Virus record (IMG/VR): IMGVR_UViG_3300032030_000041
Location: 31,087 to 95,086 of that record
Direction: 5' to 3' (one strand)
DNA: 64,000 bases
Source of the DNA: a virus
Lineage: Duplodnaviria > Caudoviricetes
Made by a program: the position numbers and the translations under genes
Part shown: in pieces, positions 33,901 through 43,308 of the stretch
Position numbering within the stretch: the stretch's first letter is position 1
Layout of the letters: the number at the start of each line of letters is the position of its first letter
Notes under the pieces: model-generated
What the model saw: only the letters and a program-made list of their open reading frames with translations
What the model was told of the DNA's origin: nothing
Database searches by the model: none

Positions 33901-34944
33901 CAATGTTTTATCTGCTTGATATTCTGAGTTAATAAAATTAACTAATGCTGGCATCTTATATGAATAAAAACTTATTTCTCGACTAGTAGCACCATGAAAT
34001 TTACGCCATGGAAGACTCGGAATTTTCAATGGCTTCAACACACTGAAATCTTCACATCTATCTTTAATCTCTTTAATTGAAGAATACGCAGCTTGAAGTT
34101 CGTCCTCACTTAAATATGGGAAAAAACTTCTAATTTCTTCATCCGACATCATATATGTTGTCGCGTAGAATGAACGAACTTCACGCTCACCATCCTGAGA
34201 ATTAAGAAATGCTTCATGAACCGCTGCATCTTCTGGCCGCCCATAATGACTGTCGGTTGTAATAATATATTTAATTCCTAGCTCTTTACTAATCTGTAAA
34301 AGTTGTTTATTTACAAATACTTGTTCTTTCCCATTTGAAGGTTGCATCTCTAAATAAAAATTTCCCTTACCAAATATATCTTCAATATATACACACCAAC
34401 GTTTTGCTGTTTCATAATATTCTATATCACCTGTATCCATATATTGAAGAAGGAATTTATCGAGCTGTGAACCTAAACATGCACTGCTTGCAATCAAATG
34501 TCCTTGATTTGGCTTTACGATTTCTTTCAGATCCGAATAATAAGTTGGACGACGCCGCATCTTCCGACTCATGTATGAACGGTTCCACGCGCGAGTTGAT
34601 AATTGACAAATTTGATGATATCCTTCAAGATCTCGCGCAAGCAGAATAAAGTGAAAATATCTATCTTTCGTCCTATCAAAATTTTTCGCATTTAAACCAT
34701 TTCGTGTTAAGTAAATCTCATTACCACGAATCAGCTTAAAATCCGGATGTTCTTTCTTAATTTTCTTATAATACTTTTCTGCCTTGATATAACTTGATAT
34801 AGTCTCATGATCTGTAATAGCCACACATTCATGTCCAAGCTGTATTGCAAGATTAAATAAATCTTCAACACGATTTGTGCTATCCCGTAAAGTTTCATTA
34901 CTATACATTGTGTGATTGTGCAAGCTTCCTGGATATTTATTCAT
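30979..34944 (-). CDS. dnaE: DNA polymerase III alpha subunit (family C)
   Basis: PHP domain (LHNHTMYS, AITDH, TTDSHY), RGSGGG, DIDVD, GIHAGGV, KMDLL, GYGFNASH, C-terminal OB fold; 1321 aa with no internal TAG. Confidence 0.96.
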   Translation of the reverse strand: MNKYPGSLHNHTMYSNETLRDSTNRVEDLFNLAIQLGHECVAITDHETISSYIKAEKYYKKIKKEHPDFKLIRGNEIYLTRNGLNAKNFDRTKDRYFHFILLARDLEGYHQICQLSTRAWNRSYMSRKMRRRPTYYSDLKEIVKPNQGHLIASSACLGSQLDKFLLQYMDTGDIEYYETAKRWCVYIEDIFGKGNFYLEMQPSNGKEQVFVNKQLLQISKELGIKYIITTDSHYGRPEDAAVHEAFLNSQDGEREVRSFYATTYMMSDEEIRSFFPYLSEDELQAAYSSIKEIKDRCEDFSVLKPLKIPSLPWRKFHGATSREISFYSYKMPALVNFINSEYQADKTLVWALIEGVKKHEDLQNEEAYAALNECLEMTWISSQVNKAQWSAYFLNLQKIIDECWNAGSIVLPARGSGGGFVLLYALDIIQINCLREKTKMYPWRFLNPSRVSVLDIDVDIEGLRRGQVLEYLRKVYGENRVSNVATFRTEKSRSAILTAARGLGIDVDEASYIANLVSAERGQSYTLKQMYYGDDEAGIEPNQTFINEISKYPQLWEVASRIEGLICGVGIHAGGVVFKDEDFTESSALMRAPDGTIITQFELHDLEDVSEIKMDLLSVEAADKIHTCLDLLVEQGYVQKKPTLRETYESVLNVYKINRDDEKMWNMIQNHEIVSLFQMEQQSGTRGIALTHPRNVDELAVLNSVIRLMATEKGAESPLDKYARFRFHPHDWEQEMIQYGLTDNERALLHRELDISDGMSITQEQFMQLVQLPECGGWDLQWADRLRKSIAKKNPKEYEQLTVEFFARVKEKQLSEKFCSYVWNVEVALSRGYGFNASHTYAYSIVALQEMNLARFFPIIFWNTANLIVDSGGSQTVEYDEDGEASIVVDNAPDEDEDEEDLEEWEEENEVIEGAQEDKKKEKTKSVDYGKVASAIGKFNSYGIKVSPPDINTSSFTFTPVVKDNAILYGLRGITRLPISIIKDIIAQRPFASLQDFLERIKVNKIQMSNLIKCGAFDSLVDKPREEIMADYIAMVADHKERLTLQNMQMLINKNLIPEDLRFYQKLFLFNKFLKTCKNGDNYELNDAAVNFIGNNFSADLIDNGTQIPQVRWDNIYKKAMDPMRLYLKENKNTVLRALNDSLYQEMYNKYASGNISHWEMDSVSFYSHEHELAAAAHDYDDFFSLPEEPEVEYSFTGKDGNEVKVFRLRRIIGTVIDKNKMKNTVTLLTPTGVVNVKVYKNQYALYDKQLSQKGSDGVKHVLEKSWFSRGTLLMVQGIRRGQDFVPKKRKDSFYPVISKITNVDSDGVLTFQTERMEVEE

Positions 34945-35273
34945 GATTTCACGTCCTTATCATATTTATGAATATAAAATTCACAAGGCACACAATAACG
35001 ATACATATTATTTATTGGATGTTTAGTGCATAATATACAATGAATCAGAGCATAACATAATTGATTATTACCGATTTTTCCAGTTTTTTGATTTGTAGCA
35101 TATTTAATGCATTGTTCCTCGGTTATATCATCTACAGTACCATTTATAATAGATAGCATTTCATTATAAAACGGATACTCCGACATTGTTTCATCTAACT
35201 TAAACTCATGTTGTATGAATCGTTTATTAAATTCTTCATCTTCACTACCTAAAAATGTATAACCTTGTGGCAC
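34941..35273 (-). CDS. Hypothetical protein
   Basis: GTG start after RBS GGGAGGA, just downstream of a promoter; Cys-rich C-terminus. Confidence 0.6.
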   Translation of the reverse strand: MPQGYTFLGSEDEEFNKRFIQHEFKLDETMSEYPFYNEMLSIINGTVDDITEEQCIKYATNQKTGKIGNNQLCYALIHCILCTKHPINNMYRYCVPCEFYIHKYDKDVKS

Positions 35274-35297
35274 TCTATCATCCTCCCATCTATATCT

Positions 35298-35326
35298 ATT
35301 ATATCATAAATTTTCTTATCTGTCAA
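35298..35326 (-). promoter_or_regulatory. SigmaA-type promoter
   Basis: TTGACA-17-TATAAT with TG extension; the -35 overlaps the recJ TGA. Confidence 0.85.
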
Positions 35327-37095
35327 AAATCATATTTGCTCTCGTCTTCCTTTAGTTCATAGTCATCAATAAATACTTGAACCGAAGTTTTCCCGTTAAA
35401 GACGTTTAGGTTGCCTCTACCGAATACAGTAAGAGTTTTTGTTCTATCTCTCATAACTTGCTCTACAAAATCTGAATCCTTAAAGCGCACATAATCAATA
35501 TTGTTATAAGAAATTTTCATACTATCCTTATTCGCGCCCATGGGCATCACATTCATTAGTGGAATATTTTCAATAACAATTCGTACTTCATCAATATGAT
35601 TTCCAAAAAACTCAGGATGGGAAGCCAAAGAAGCGATTAATTCATCATTATAATCTGATGCATTCAAGATATAATCTACCAAATAACAATTTTCAAAGTC
35701 TGCTGCGCTTAAATGGCTATTTGCGTAATCAATAAGAGATCCTACCTTATTTCCATTAAGACCCCACCCTGCAGCATTATCATGCCCGGCAGTATAATTA
35801 AGTAATTTACTATCTTCCAAGAACTGTTTAAAACTAGGCAATCCAGCAAAGTTTCCATCAGAACGGATACTTCCTTGCATTTCGTTCTTATTATTGCGGC
35901 GGCCAATCATTACAGGCTTATGATATTTGCTTACCACATTCATAGCAATTAAGCCAGTAAGTTCTTGTGGAATATTATCTGAAGCATCTAACTCTACAAG
36001 GATTATGTTATTTTCATCCAAGCAATCCTTTTGAATTTTAAAATCCACAATTCCTAAAGCTTGCTCTTTAAGTCGATCCTGTCGAGCTTTTGCATTTTTA
36101 CCTACGCGCGCGGTTTGCTCTGCAGCATATTCAATATCACCTGGCTTCGCGCCGCGTTTTGTGCTTTGCATAGCTTTATTTGGCTCTATAAAACAATAGA
36201 ACATTGTTTCTTTTTCTTCCGTTGAGCCTACTCTTGTAATAGCATTAATAAGAGGAGCAATATAGAAGGCAATATCAATTGGACTTAAACCGGGATATGG
36301 AGATATTGCTTTTTCTTTTAAAGAAAAAGATTGCGCTTCAATAAGAGTACGGAAGCCTTCATTATGTATATGTCGCAATCCTTCCATCATAATATAGTTA
36401 GTTTCTATATCTGTTCTATCCATTACATCCGCAATTTCGCCTAATGCAGCTAGATCTATATAATTATGCGCTTGATCAATGCCCAATATATCATCGAGCA
36501 CTTCACAGAATTTATATACTACTCCAGCACCGCATAGAGACTTGTTTGTATAATTAGGGGATAGCTGGTTATTTACAATAATAGTGTTTGGAGAATCTGA
36601 TATAACTGGATTCCCGTCTTGATCAAATTCTTGTTCATGATGGTCAAGTACAATTACATCAATTCCTAGTTCTCCAAGACGTCTATGTTCTTCTTTATCA
36701 TAACTACTTGAATCGGGACATAATACAAGATCATAGTCTGGATTATCTTCTAACCAGTCAATTTTATCATCTAATCCGTGCTGTTTATGAGTATGTACCA
36801 TAAAATGTAAATTTGCTTCTGGGAAAATATGCTTTATATATAACCACAGAATTGCGCTACTTGTGAATCCATCAGCATCGCAATCAATATTAAACAGTAT
36901 AGAGCTACCTTTCCTCAAATGATATAGTAGTCGTTCTGCCGCAGCTTCAATATTCTCCAAATTATATGGATCTAATTCACATGCTGATGTAGGACACATA
37001 AAATTTTCAATATCTGTAACGCCACGATCAGCAAGAATTTCATATAAAGCTTTGCTTGGATCGGTCGTATAGTTTTTCTTTAACTTATATTTCAT
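35323..37095 (-). CDS. recJ: RecJ-like ssDNA exonuclease (DHH family)
   Basis: DCDADGFTS, HG, DHH, LCGAGV, ALGEIAD, GSIRS, GHDNAAG. Confidence 0.92.
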   Translation of the reverse strand: MKYKLKKNYTTDPSKALYEILADRGVTDIENFMCPTSACELDPYNLENIEAAAERLLYHLRKGSSILFNIDCDADGFTSSAILWLYIKHIFPEANLHFMVHTHKQHGLDDKIDWLEDNPDYDLVLCPDSSSYDKEEHRRLGELGIDVIVLDHHEQEFDQDGNPVISDSPNTIIVNNQLSPNYTNKSLCGAGVVYKFCEVLDDILGIDQAHNYIDLAALGEIADVMDRTDIETNYIMMEGLRHIHNEGFRTLIEAQSFSLKEKAISPYPGLSPIDIAFYIAPLINAITRVGSTEEKETMFYCFIEPNKAMQSTKRGAKPGDIEYAAEQTARVGKNAKARQDRLKEQALGIVDFKIQKDCLDENNIILVELDASDNIPQELTGLIAMNVVSKYHKPVMIGRRNNKNEMQGSIRSDGNFAGLPSFKQFLEDSKLLNYTAGHDNAAGWGLNGNKVGSLIDYANSHLSAADFENCYLVDYILNASDYNDELIASLASHPEFFGNHIDEVRIVIENIPLMNVMPMGANKDSMKISYNNIDYVRFKDSDFVEQVMRDRTKTLTVFGRGNLNVFNGKTSVQVFIDDYELKEDESKYDF

Positions 37096-37105
37096 TCGTC
37101 ATTCC

Positions 37106-38227
37106 TTACCTCACTCTTATTCTAGTCTTATATAGTTGTTCAAAAACATCTTTACCCTTATCAAAAGGAGAATCTTTCTCCTCTAATAAATTATTTATAT
37201 CCCATATATAATAAAAGACCGCTTGGCCTGAATACTTTTTACATGCGTTTTCAATTCGCTTACGATATGCATAAGCCTTATCTGTACGCCAATCTGTATA
37301 TTCTTTATCAAAGGCAATTGTTATTTCGTTTGCGCCTAAGACATTAGTTAACAAATTAATTTGATACTTATTTATTTTAGAGCCGCAGCAAGCTACTGTA
37401 TTTGCCCATTCACCATAATAATCATCATCTAGAAGTACGGATTTTTCTCCTTCTACGATAATAGCGCTTTGGCGGCGACGAATCGCGGCTTGATGTTCAT
37501 ATATCCCATATAAATTAAAATGTAATGGATGTGCATACAACACATTACCAATCTGTATAGGACGATATTTTCCAAATTCTTCTGCCTCTTCTTTATCAAG
37601 CGTTCGCGCGCGAATGCCAACCAGATTCCCATTTATATCCAAATGTGGAATTGTAATCTTGTTTTGCGATAAGGAAAAACCAATATGAAACTTATCCATT
37701 ACCTCTGGCTTAATTCCATCTCGTATCCAAGTAGGATGATGATATGGGGTAAAATATGTTAACATAGATTTTGGATATGGAGTGAGTTGCGGTACGCTTG
37801 AATCAAACTTATATCGCTCTATATCAAAATCGGGTCTATATTTCTTTGTCTTAGATATAGTTAAATGTCTAATACATTTTTTTACATAATCAACCGCTTC
37901 TTCAAAGCTTACGCGATGATAATTAATTAACATAAATTTTTCATATAGTGTAAAGATTGACATCGCTTCATTACACTCTGTATAGCATCGAAAAATCTTA
38001 TTATTCTGATACCAATATAATTTCATTGATTCAGCTTCTTCAATAGGATTATGACAGATCGTAGGACATACCAAATATCCTTTATCTTCATAAACAGCAA
38101 CTTGATCGACTCCTAGGCTTTCTAGAAAGGTTTTTACATCATCAAGTGTAATGGAATTAATAATATCTTGTATGCTAATATCATAGAGGTCAAGCTCTTC
38201 ATCTGCCCCTTGTAAAGTCGTTAGCAT
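37106..38227 (-). CDS. dnaG: DNA primase (Zn-binding domain + TOPRIM)
   Basis: CPTICHN...FRCYTEC, ITIPH...LVGIRAR, IVEGEKSV, IAFDKE, KDSPFD. Confidence 0.88.
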   Translation of the reverse strand: MLTTLQGADEELDLYDISIQDIINSITLDDVKTFLESLGVDQVAVYEDKGYLVCPTICHNPIEEAESMKLYWYQNNKIFRCYTECNEAMSIFTLYEKFMLINYHRVSFEEAVDYVKKCIRHLTISKTKKYRPDFDIERYKFDSSVPQLTPYPKSMLTYFTPYHHPTWIRDGIKPEVMDKFHIGFSLSQNKITIPHLDINGNLVGIRARTLDKEEAEEFGKYRPIQIGNVLYAHPLHFNLYGIYEHQAAIRRRQSAIIVEGEKSVLLDDDYYGEWANTVACCGSKINKYQINLLTNVLGANEITIAFDKEYTDWRTDKAYAYRKRIENACKKYSGQAVFYYIWDINNLLEEKDSPFDKGKDVFEQLYKTRIRVR

Positions 38228-39828
38228 TCAAACTCTCCTTCCTATACTATAATCGGACGTTCAGAGCTACTTGCAAACAAATCTATCGGTTCATTAATTG
38301 GCTGATTCTCTGCGGTTGTAATAAACAAATCTTCTCTTTCTCCTGTTCCAAGATGTAATCTTGTCCAAATACGAACCATTTTATAACGACCTCGCCGCAT
38401 TTTATAAATATCAAGAATATGAGTTGGACGATTATCTAAAATATCTGGGGAAATTGTTCCTTCTCTTGCTGCAACTCTTAAACCAGGTAAAACACTATTC
38501 CATCCTTTATCTGTAATACGAGTCATTACATATCCGACATCTGCTTTATCTGCTACAGCCTTCGATCCACGAATGCTTTTTTCATCTTTAAAACGCATTT
38601 CCTCATCTTCACCCATTGCTAAAGCATTTACCTGCGTTGCAGAAAAAATAAAGATATTGTAATCTTTTGCCACTTGTTTTAACTGGTTCGCCATTAGCAT
38701 GAGTATTACATCTTCTCTGATGTTATTGCGCGAAAACTGTGCAATCATACTAGGAGTACTGTGTATATAATCGAAAAACACATACTTTACATTATCTACT
38801 GTTGCATACTTACGAATCGTCGCTTCAACATTCTGAAGATTCGGATCACTTATTTCTTCTATTAAAAAATACCCGCTATACTCTTCTATAATTTTTGCTG
38901 CTTGCTTGACTCTGGTATATTCACCAAACTCATACTTACCTGTTAAAATATGATCTTCGTCCACGCCAGAAACATATGCTAACATAATGGTCTGTACTTC
39001 TTCTTTATCCATTTCTGTTACAATAAATAAAACTTTTCTTGGCTGACGTGGTTCTCCTTCTGCCGTAATTTCTTCTATAAATGAGCTAGTTTTCCAAGAC
39101 CAGCGCTTTGGATAAGCCAAATGACAAGCATCAAATATACTTGTACGAGATTTACCAGCACTCGTACTTGCACTTTTTAAGAAAAAACATCCATCTCTCG
39201 CGCCGCGGCAGACTGAACTAAAAATACGCCCCTCCAAACTCGGCCCGATACTTGGCGATGTACGTAGCTCTTCAATTAATTCATTAATACCTTCAGCTGG
39301 ATCTCCTTTGAGACGGCCGCCATTTAAATATTCATTTCTAATCTCTGTATAGTTCTTTTCAACACTATTTAAAATCTCCTCCAGCGTTGCTTGTTCTAAA
39401 TGATCTTTAATTTGCTGTTCTTCTAATGGATTCTTTACATCTTTATCTTCAATAAAAAATTCACTTATATCATACTTTGCTTGCTGTAACTTCCTTAATA
39501 ACGAACATTTCTTTACTCTTGTATAATATAATTCAAAGTTGCCTAATGAAGCAGTTTCATATGCATTTTTTAAGAACTCAAGTCCATTTTCATTCTTATA
39601 GATTTGCAATGCGACTCCGCCGCCACGTTCAATTTCCTGATCTACTTCTATAACAGATAGCTCTACTGCTCCGGCCTCATATAATTTTCTTATTGAATTA
39701 AGACATACTCGCGCGGGTTTAAAATCAAAATCTACCGGTCTAATGTCTGGATATTCCAAAAATAATTGAGGTTTATATATTAAGCAACCGATAACTTGAC
39801 GATATGCCGTCAGATCGGAAAGTGTCAT
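38221..39828 (-). CDS. dnaB: Replicative DnaB-like helicase (ends at 38242 if TAG stops, 38221 if read through)
   Basis: Walker A STSAGKSR, FIVTEM, VFFDYI, SATQVN, IRGSKAVADKAD, KMRRG. Confidence 0.88.
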
Positions 39829-39839
39829 ATAATTCCCCC

Positions 39840-40328
39840 TTAATCATCAAATAAACCGTCATCCAAGCTAATTTCTTTTTTCTTTTTATTATTTTCTCGA
39901 ATAGGAACAACATATTCCTTCATTTCTGTATTGGCTACTGCCGCAGCGAGACTACTTCCTTCAGCCTTTTTTTGCTCTTTCCACTTACGCATATCTTCCA
40001 TATTGCGTGGATTTACTAAACCTAATGATTCGGATAATTTTTTCATCTTCTTTACATTATATATATAATCAAGACAATCAACAATCGAATCATCGGTGTA
40101 TCCATATGTGTTTTGAAGACGCTTACGCTGAGTCCAAATAACCGGGCCGGGCGCTTTAATTCCGAATATCTGGCATACTTTGTTCGCAAAACGTTCACGT
40201 GATTGCTTCTCTGCCAAACATTTTGGACAATACCAATTTGATGTTTTGCCTGTAACGGATGAATATTCAACTAGTTCAGTTTTCCTAAATTGTTCTTTAC
40301 ATCCACTACATTGTCTAGTTAATTTCAT
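39840..40328 (-). CDS. Zinc-finger protein upstream of the helicase (possible loader/accessory)
   Basis: CSGC...CPKC; first gene after the promoter of the helicase-primase-recJ operon. Confidence 0.6.
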   Translation of the reverse strand: MKLTRQCSGCKEQFRKTELVEYSSVTGKTSNWYCPKCLAEKQSRERFANKVCQIFGIKAPGPVIWTQRKRLQNTYGYTDDSIVDCLDYIYNVKKMKKLSESLGLVNPRNMEDMRKWKEQKKAEGSSLAAAVANTEMKEYVVPIRENNKKKKEISLDDGLFDD

Positions 40329-40360
40329 TCTCTTAATCTCCTATACCTATACTTTATTTT

Positions 40361-40389
40361 ATTATAGCATAGATTCAAGAAAAAGTCAA
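40361..40389 (-). promoter_or_regulatory. SigmaA-type promoter
   Basis: TTGACT-17-TATAAT with TG extension. Confidence 0.85.
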
Positions 40390-40421
40390 ATAAAAAAGGA
40401 ACAACACCAGAGTATTGTTCC
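40390..40421 (-). terminator. Intrinsic terminator
   Basis: GGAACAATAC-tctg-GTGTTGTTCC followed by TTTTTT on the - strand. Confidence 0.8.
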
Positions 40422-40507
40422 ATAAAACTATAATTTGCGGATGTACTTTTACCAATGGGAGGGCCGACAATTATACAACATCCATCCATTATGATGAAAC
40501 CGCAATT

Positions 40508-40654
40508 TTGAGCAGGTGAGGATTTAGCACCCCACATGACAGACCCAAATCTAATATATTGCCTTAGTATAATTCAGCAATACTGCTAACCTAATAGCTG
40601 TTCTCCTCGCTCATCTGTCTTGCCCTAACGTCTACCTATTCCGTCACTGCTCAA
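40508..40654 (-). ncRNA. tRNA-like RNA B (acceptor, D and T arms; long insert in place of the anticodon arm)
   Basis: TTGAGCAG/CTGCTCAA terminal stem; TG-ACG-GAATAGGTAGA-CGT D-arm; GTGGGG-TGCTAAAT-CCTCAC T-arm; ~90-nt middle containing a GACAGA/TCTGTC stem. Confidence 0.65.
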
Positions 40655-40671
40655 TTCATTATATAACAATT

Positions 40672-40773
40672 CTAAGCGAGTGAGGATTTGCACCTCACAT
40701 AGAATGCGTTCATGTAACAATCAGTATCATTCCTTGCACATGTCCAAGCGTCTACCTTTTCCGCCATCGCCGT
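40672..40773 (-). ncRNA. tRNA-like RNA A (no canonical anticodon arm)
   Basis: GGCGA/TCGCT terminal stem; TG-GCG-GAAAAGGTAGA-CGC D-arm; GTGAGG-TGCAAAT-CCTCAC T-arm. Confidence 0.6.
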
Positions 40774-40777
40774 ATAA

Positions 40778-41773
40778 TCACATAAGCTGCTTTACTTCAT
40801 CAATAAAATATTCAACCAAACTACTTTGAGAAGGTACTGCCTGACTTAGCTTAAAGTCCTCAGAACCGAATACCTTCTTAATAATATCCTTCATAATCAT
40901 CAAGTGCTGATCTTTATTCTCTTCGCCGCCAATTTCTAGATATTTAATCCAAATTTCCTTAGCTTCGGCCATTACTTCTGTAAATGGACGATCTTTAATC
41001 TGGGCAATTTCCGTATGGTCAGTTACTTCCGCGCCATCAAGCTCTACAGCTTTGTCAATGGCGTCGCCAATAGCATCAACCAATTCCTTATATCCAAATT
41101 TAATTTTTGGAGCGAGATACTGATAACGGCTACCTGCGAATATGGTAGGTGTAGATCTCGTATATAGATATCTCTCAGAAGTACCATCAGGATTCATCTG
41201 TACCTGTAGATAGCCAATAATATCTACTATAGAATTGATAATCGTATATGCTTGATTAGGTAGATCTGGCGCGACAGCAGTAATAGCTTCACCATCTTCT
41301 GTCCGCATTTCTGTCGGCTTTTCTTTACTATGGGCAATAAACAAAATACCAAATCCCAATAGTGTTATCTCGCGCCAAAACTCAGAAAATTCTGTCTTTA
41401 GCATATTCCAGCCCTGGCCCCATGGTACATCCCTAATACTATCTACATTTTCACGCTGGCAAATGTATTTTTCGCATAGCTGCCAAGCAATTGAAGCTGT
41501 ATCTACAACAATGGAATCATACATTTCTTTTGCCTGCGGCTTACGAAGCTGTGTTAGAACTTTCTTTGCATCAGTCCAACGTAGAATAGGAGCGCTACGA
41601 ATACCAGCTAGCGCATTAGTGCCTTGTTCAAAGTTCATAAACAAAGCGCGAGGAAGCTGACTTCCAAATGTAGATTTACCAGTCTTTGGTTGGCCATAAA
41701 TCAATAGGAACTTTCCCTTAAGGTCACGGCTAATCTTAGAAGGCTCCAAACTAAAAATATCAATATCAGCCAT
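40778..41773 (-). CDS. AAA-domain ATPase, Sak4/AAA_24-like recombination protein
   Basis: LIYGQPKTGKST, FEQG, IVVDT, GQGW, FIAH, VDIIGY; adjacent to the SSB-like gene. Confidence 0.8.
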   Translation of the reverse strand: MADIDIFSLEPSKISRDLKGKFLLIYGQPKTGKSTFGSQLPRALFMNFEQGTNALAGIRSAPILRWTDAKKVLTQLRKPQAKEMYDSIVVDTASIAWQLCEKYICQRENVDSIRDVPWGQGWNMLKTEFSEFWREITLLGFGILFIAHSKEKPTEMRTEDGEAITAVAPDLPNQAYTIINSIVDIIGYLQVQMNPDGTSERYLYTRSTPTIFAGSRYQYLAPKIKFGYKELVDAIGDAIDKAVELDGAEVTDHTEIAQIKDRPFTEVMAEAKEIWIKYLEIGGEENKDQHLMIMKDIIKKVFGSEDFKLSQAVPSQSSLVEYFIDEVKQLM

Positions 41774-41799
41774 TTAATTCACTCCTTTATATAATTGGT

Positions 41800-41909
41800 C
41801 CGGGGTTAGGCGCAAGTACATTCTTGCGCCCGTATCCCCTATCACATCGTAGGCTGTCAAGTGACCGTTTATGCTTTAATCACTCCTACCACCGGTGTTG
41901 GCCTACGAT
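41800..41909 (-). ncRNA. Structured intergenic RNA candidate
   Basis: Stem ATCGTAGGC/GCCTACGAT (41846-41854 with 41901-41909) enclosing GTGA/TCAC; second domain GGGG..GGCGCAAG-6nt-CTTGCGCC..CCCC; GC-rich within an AT-rich genome. Confidence 0.45.
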
Positions 41910-42811
41910 TACTCCCAATCATACTTCTTGGCATCAGCCTGAGAGCCGCTACCACCCTGTCGAGCCATCTTAGAACGAGCATCAATCTGCATCTGCTCAA
42001 TCTTAGCCTTACGCTGATTAAATCCTTTCTTAATCTCAGCAGGATCATAGCTGAAATCTTCTTCCTTACCTTCATCATCGCCGCCGGTAATAATTAGCTC
42101 ACGAACAAATGTAGTGGTAGTATCAGGAATATCTTCACCCCAACTACTACCTTCACTGCTGCTGCTAGTGACCTCGTGAGAAGTTACACGTACACGACCT
42201 TTTACAGTTAGAGTCTTATTGGTTTCCCAATTTCGAGAAACAAATTCAACTTTATCAGGAGCCTCAACAATAAAATCTAATACATCTAGTCTACCACCGT
42301 ACTGAACAATACCACCACGAACAACTAGACGTCCAGTAGGATCACCTTCACGATCAGTTTCATCGTGAATATCCATAATATATACTTCAGTTACGAAAGT
42401 CGCAACATCACCCAGCTTTGCAGGGTTAATAAACGAACCACGAATCTGGAAACCATTAATTAGATTGCCAGTACGAGATACGAAGTTATTCTCAGATAGA
42501 GTCGCACTAGTAATGCGTACCTGATCAGCCGCATCAACACCAACATTCTGCGCGGTCTTAAGTTCCTTTAGATCGACTAGGGACTTGTATGCAGGATTGG
42601 CCTTACCCGTACTAGTAAATGGAGTAGCGAAGAAACCAACCGGAATCTCACTTGTCTCTTCCTTACCATCAACGGCCTGAGTTACACGAATTGTAACAGT
42701 CGCGCGCTTATACTCACGACCATCGGCGAGTTTTCCCTCACCGAAATCAACATTCATTAGTTTACCAACTAGATTCATTTTGTTTTCACTTGGGATCATC
42801 AAATCTTTCAT
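41909..42811 (-). CDS. Probable single-stranded DNA-binding protein
   Basis: Beta-rich tandem OB-like segments and a flexible Gly/Ser tail ending in acidic-aromatic YDWE; next to the Sak4-like ATPase. Confidence 0.65.
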   Translation of the reverse strand: MKDLMIPSENKMNLVGKLMNVDFGEGKLADGREYKRATVTIRVTQAVDGKEETSEIPVGFFATPFTSTGKANPAYKSLVDLKELKTAQNVGVDAADQVRITSATLSENNFVSRTGNLINGFQIRGSFINPAKLGDVATFVTEVYIMDIHDETDREGDPTGRLVVRGGIVQYGGRLDVLDFIVEAPDKVEFVSRNWETNKTLTVKGRVRVTSHEVTSSSSEGSSWGEDIPDTTTTFVRELIITGGDDEGKEEDFSYDPAEIKKGFNQRKAKIEQMQIDARSKMARQGGSGSQADAKKYDWE

Positions 42812-42847
42812 GTGCTTTTCTCCTTTTATTTATCTTATATTTTTTAA

Positions 42848-43231
42848 TTAAAAACTTTCTTCTGCGGCCTTCTCCGCTTCCTTGGCGACCTTCTTTGCTG
42901 CTCTTTCCGCCGCGCGAGCAGCCTTAGCGGCTTCCTTCTGAGCCTGCTTCTCTGCTTCTTCCGCTACTGGATCATAAGCCAAGCCCGCTTCAGTTAGAGT
43001 ATGATATAGTACATTATGAGTCTTAGCCTTGCGAGTTTCAGTCGCGGGTGCATCTTCAACTACTTCAGTACGAGTTGTAATTGCATATTTCTTCTTAATT
43101 AGAGCATTCATCGCACCTGTAACAGACGCAAATGGAATGTCTAGAGCTTCTGCAATCTGTTTCTTTGTTAGTTCTTCACCATAATGTTCCTTCATGTAGT
43201 TTAGTGTTCTTTCACTATTTACTGTTGCCAT
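42848..43231 (-). CDS. Winged-helix DNA-binding protein with Ala/Lys/Glu-rich tail
   Basis: LTKKQIAEALDIPFASVTGAMNALIKK...LTEAG. Confidence 0.7.
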   Translation of the reverse strand: MATVNSERTLNYMKEHYGEELTKKQIAEALDIPFASVTGAMNALIKKKYAITTRTEVVEDAPATETRKAKTHNVLYHTLTEAGLAYDPVAEEAEKQAQKEAAKAARAAERAAKKVAKEAEKAAEESF

Positions 43232-43279
43232 ATTGTATTCTCCTTATATCTCGGGTTTATTTTCCCTTTTCTTTCTTAT

Positions 43280-43308
43280 ATTATAGTATAAATTTAGTTA
43301 AAAGTCAA
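43280..43308 (-). promoter_or_regulatory. SigmaA-type promoter
   Basis: TTGACT-17-TATAAT; the -35 contains the upstream TGA stop. Confidence 0.85.

Noticed and set aside
40325-40537. 70-aa ORF on the - strand
   Set aside because: Runs through the tRNA-like element, terminator and promoter; no RBS.
40508-40773. Amber suppressor tRNA-Gln(CUA) or canonical tRNA genes
   Set aside because: No 5-bp stem/7-nt anticodon loop at the expected position and the T-loops are non-canonical; reported as tRNA-like RNAs instead.
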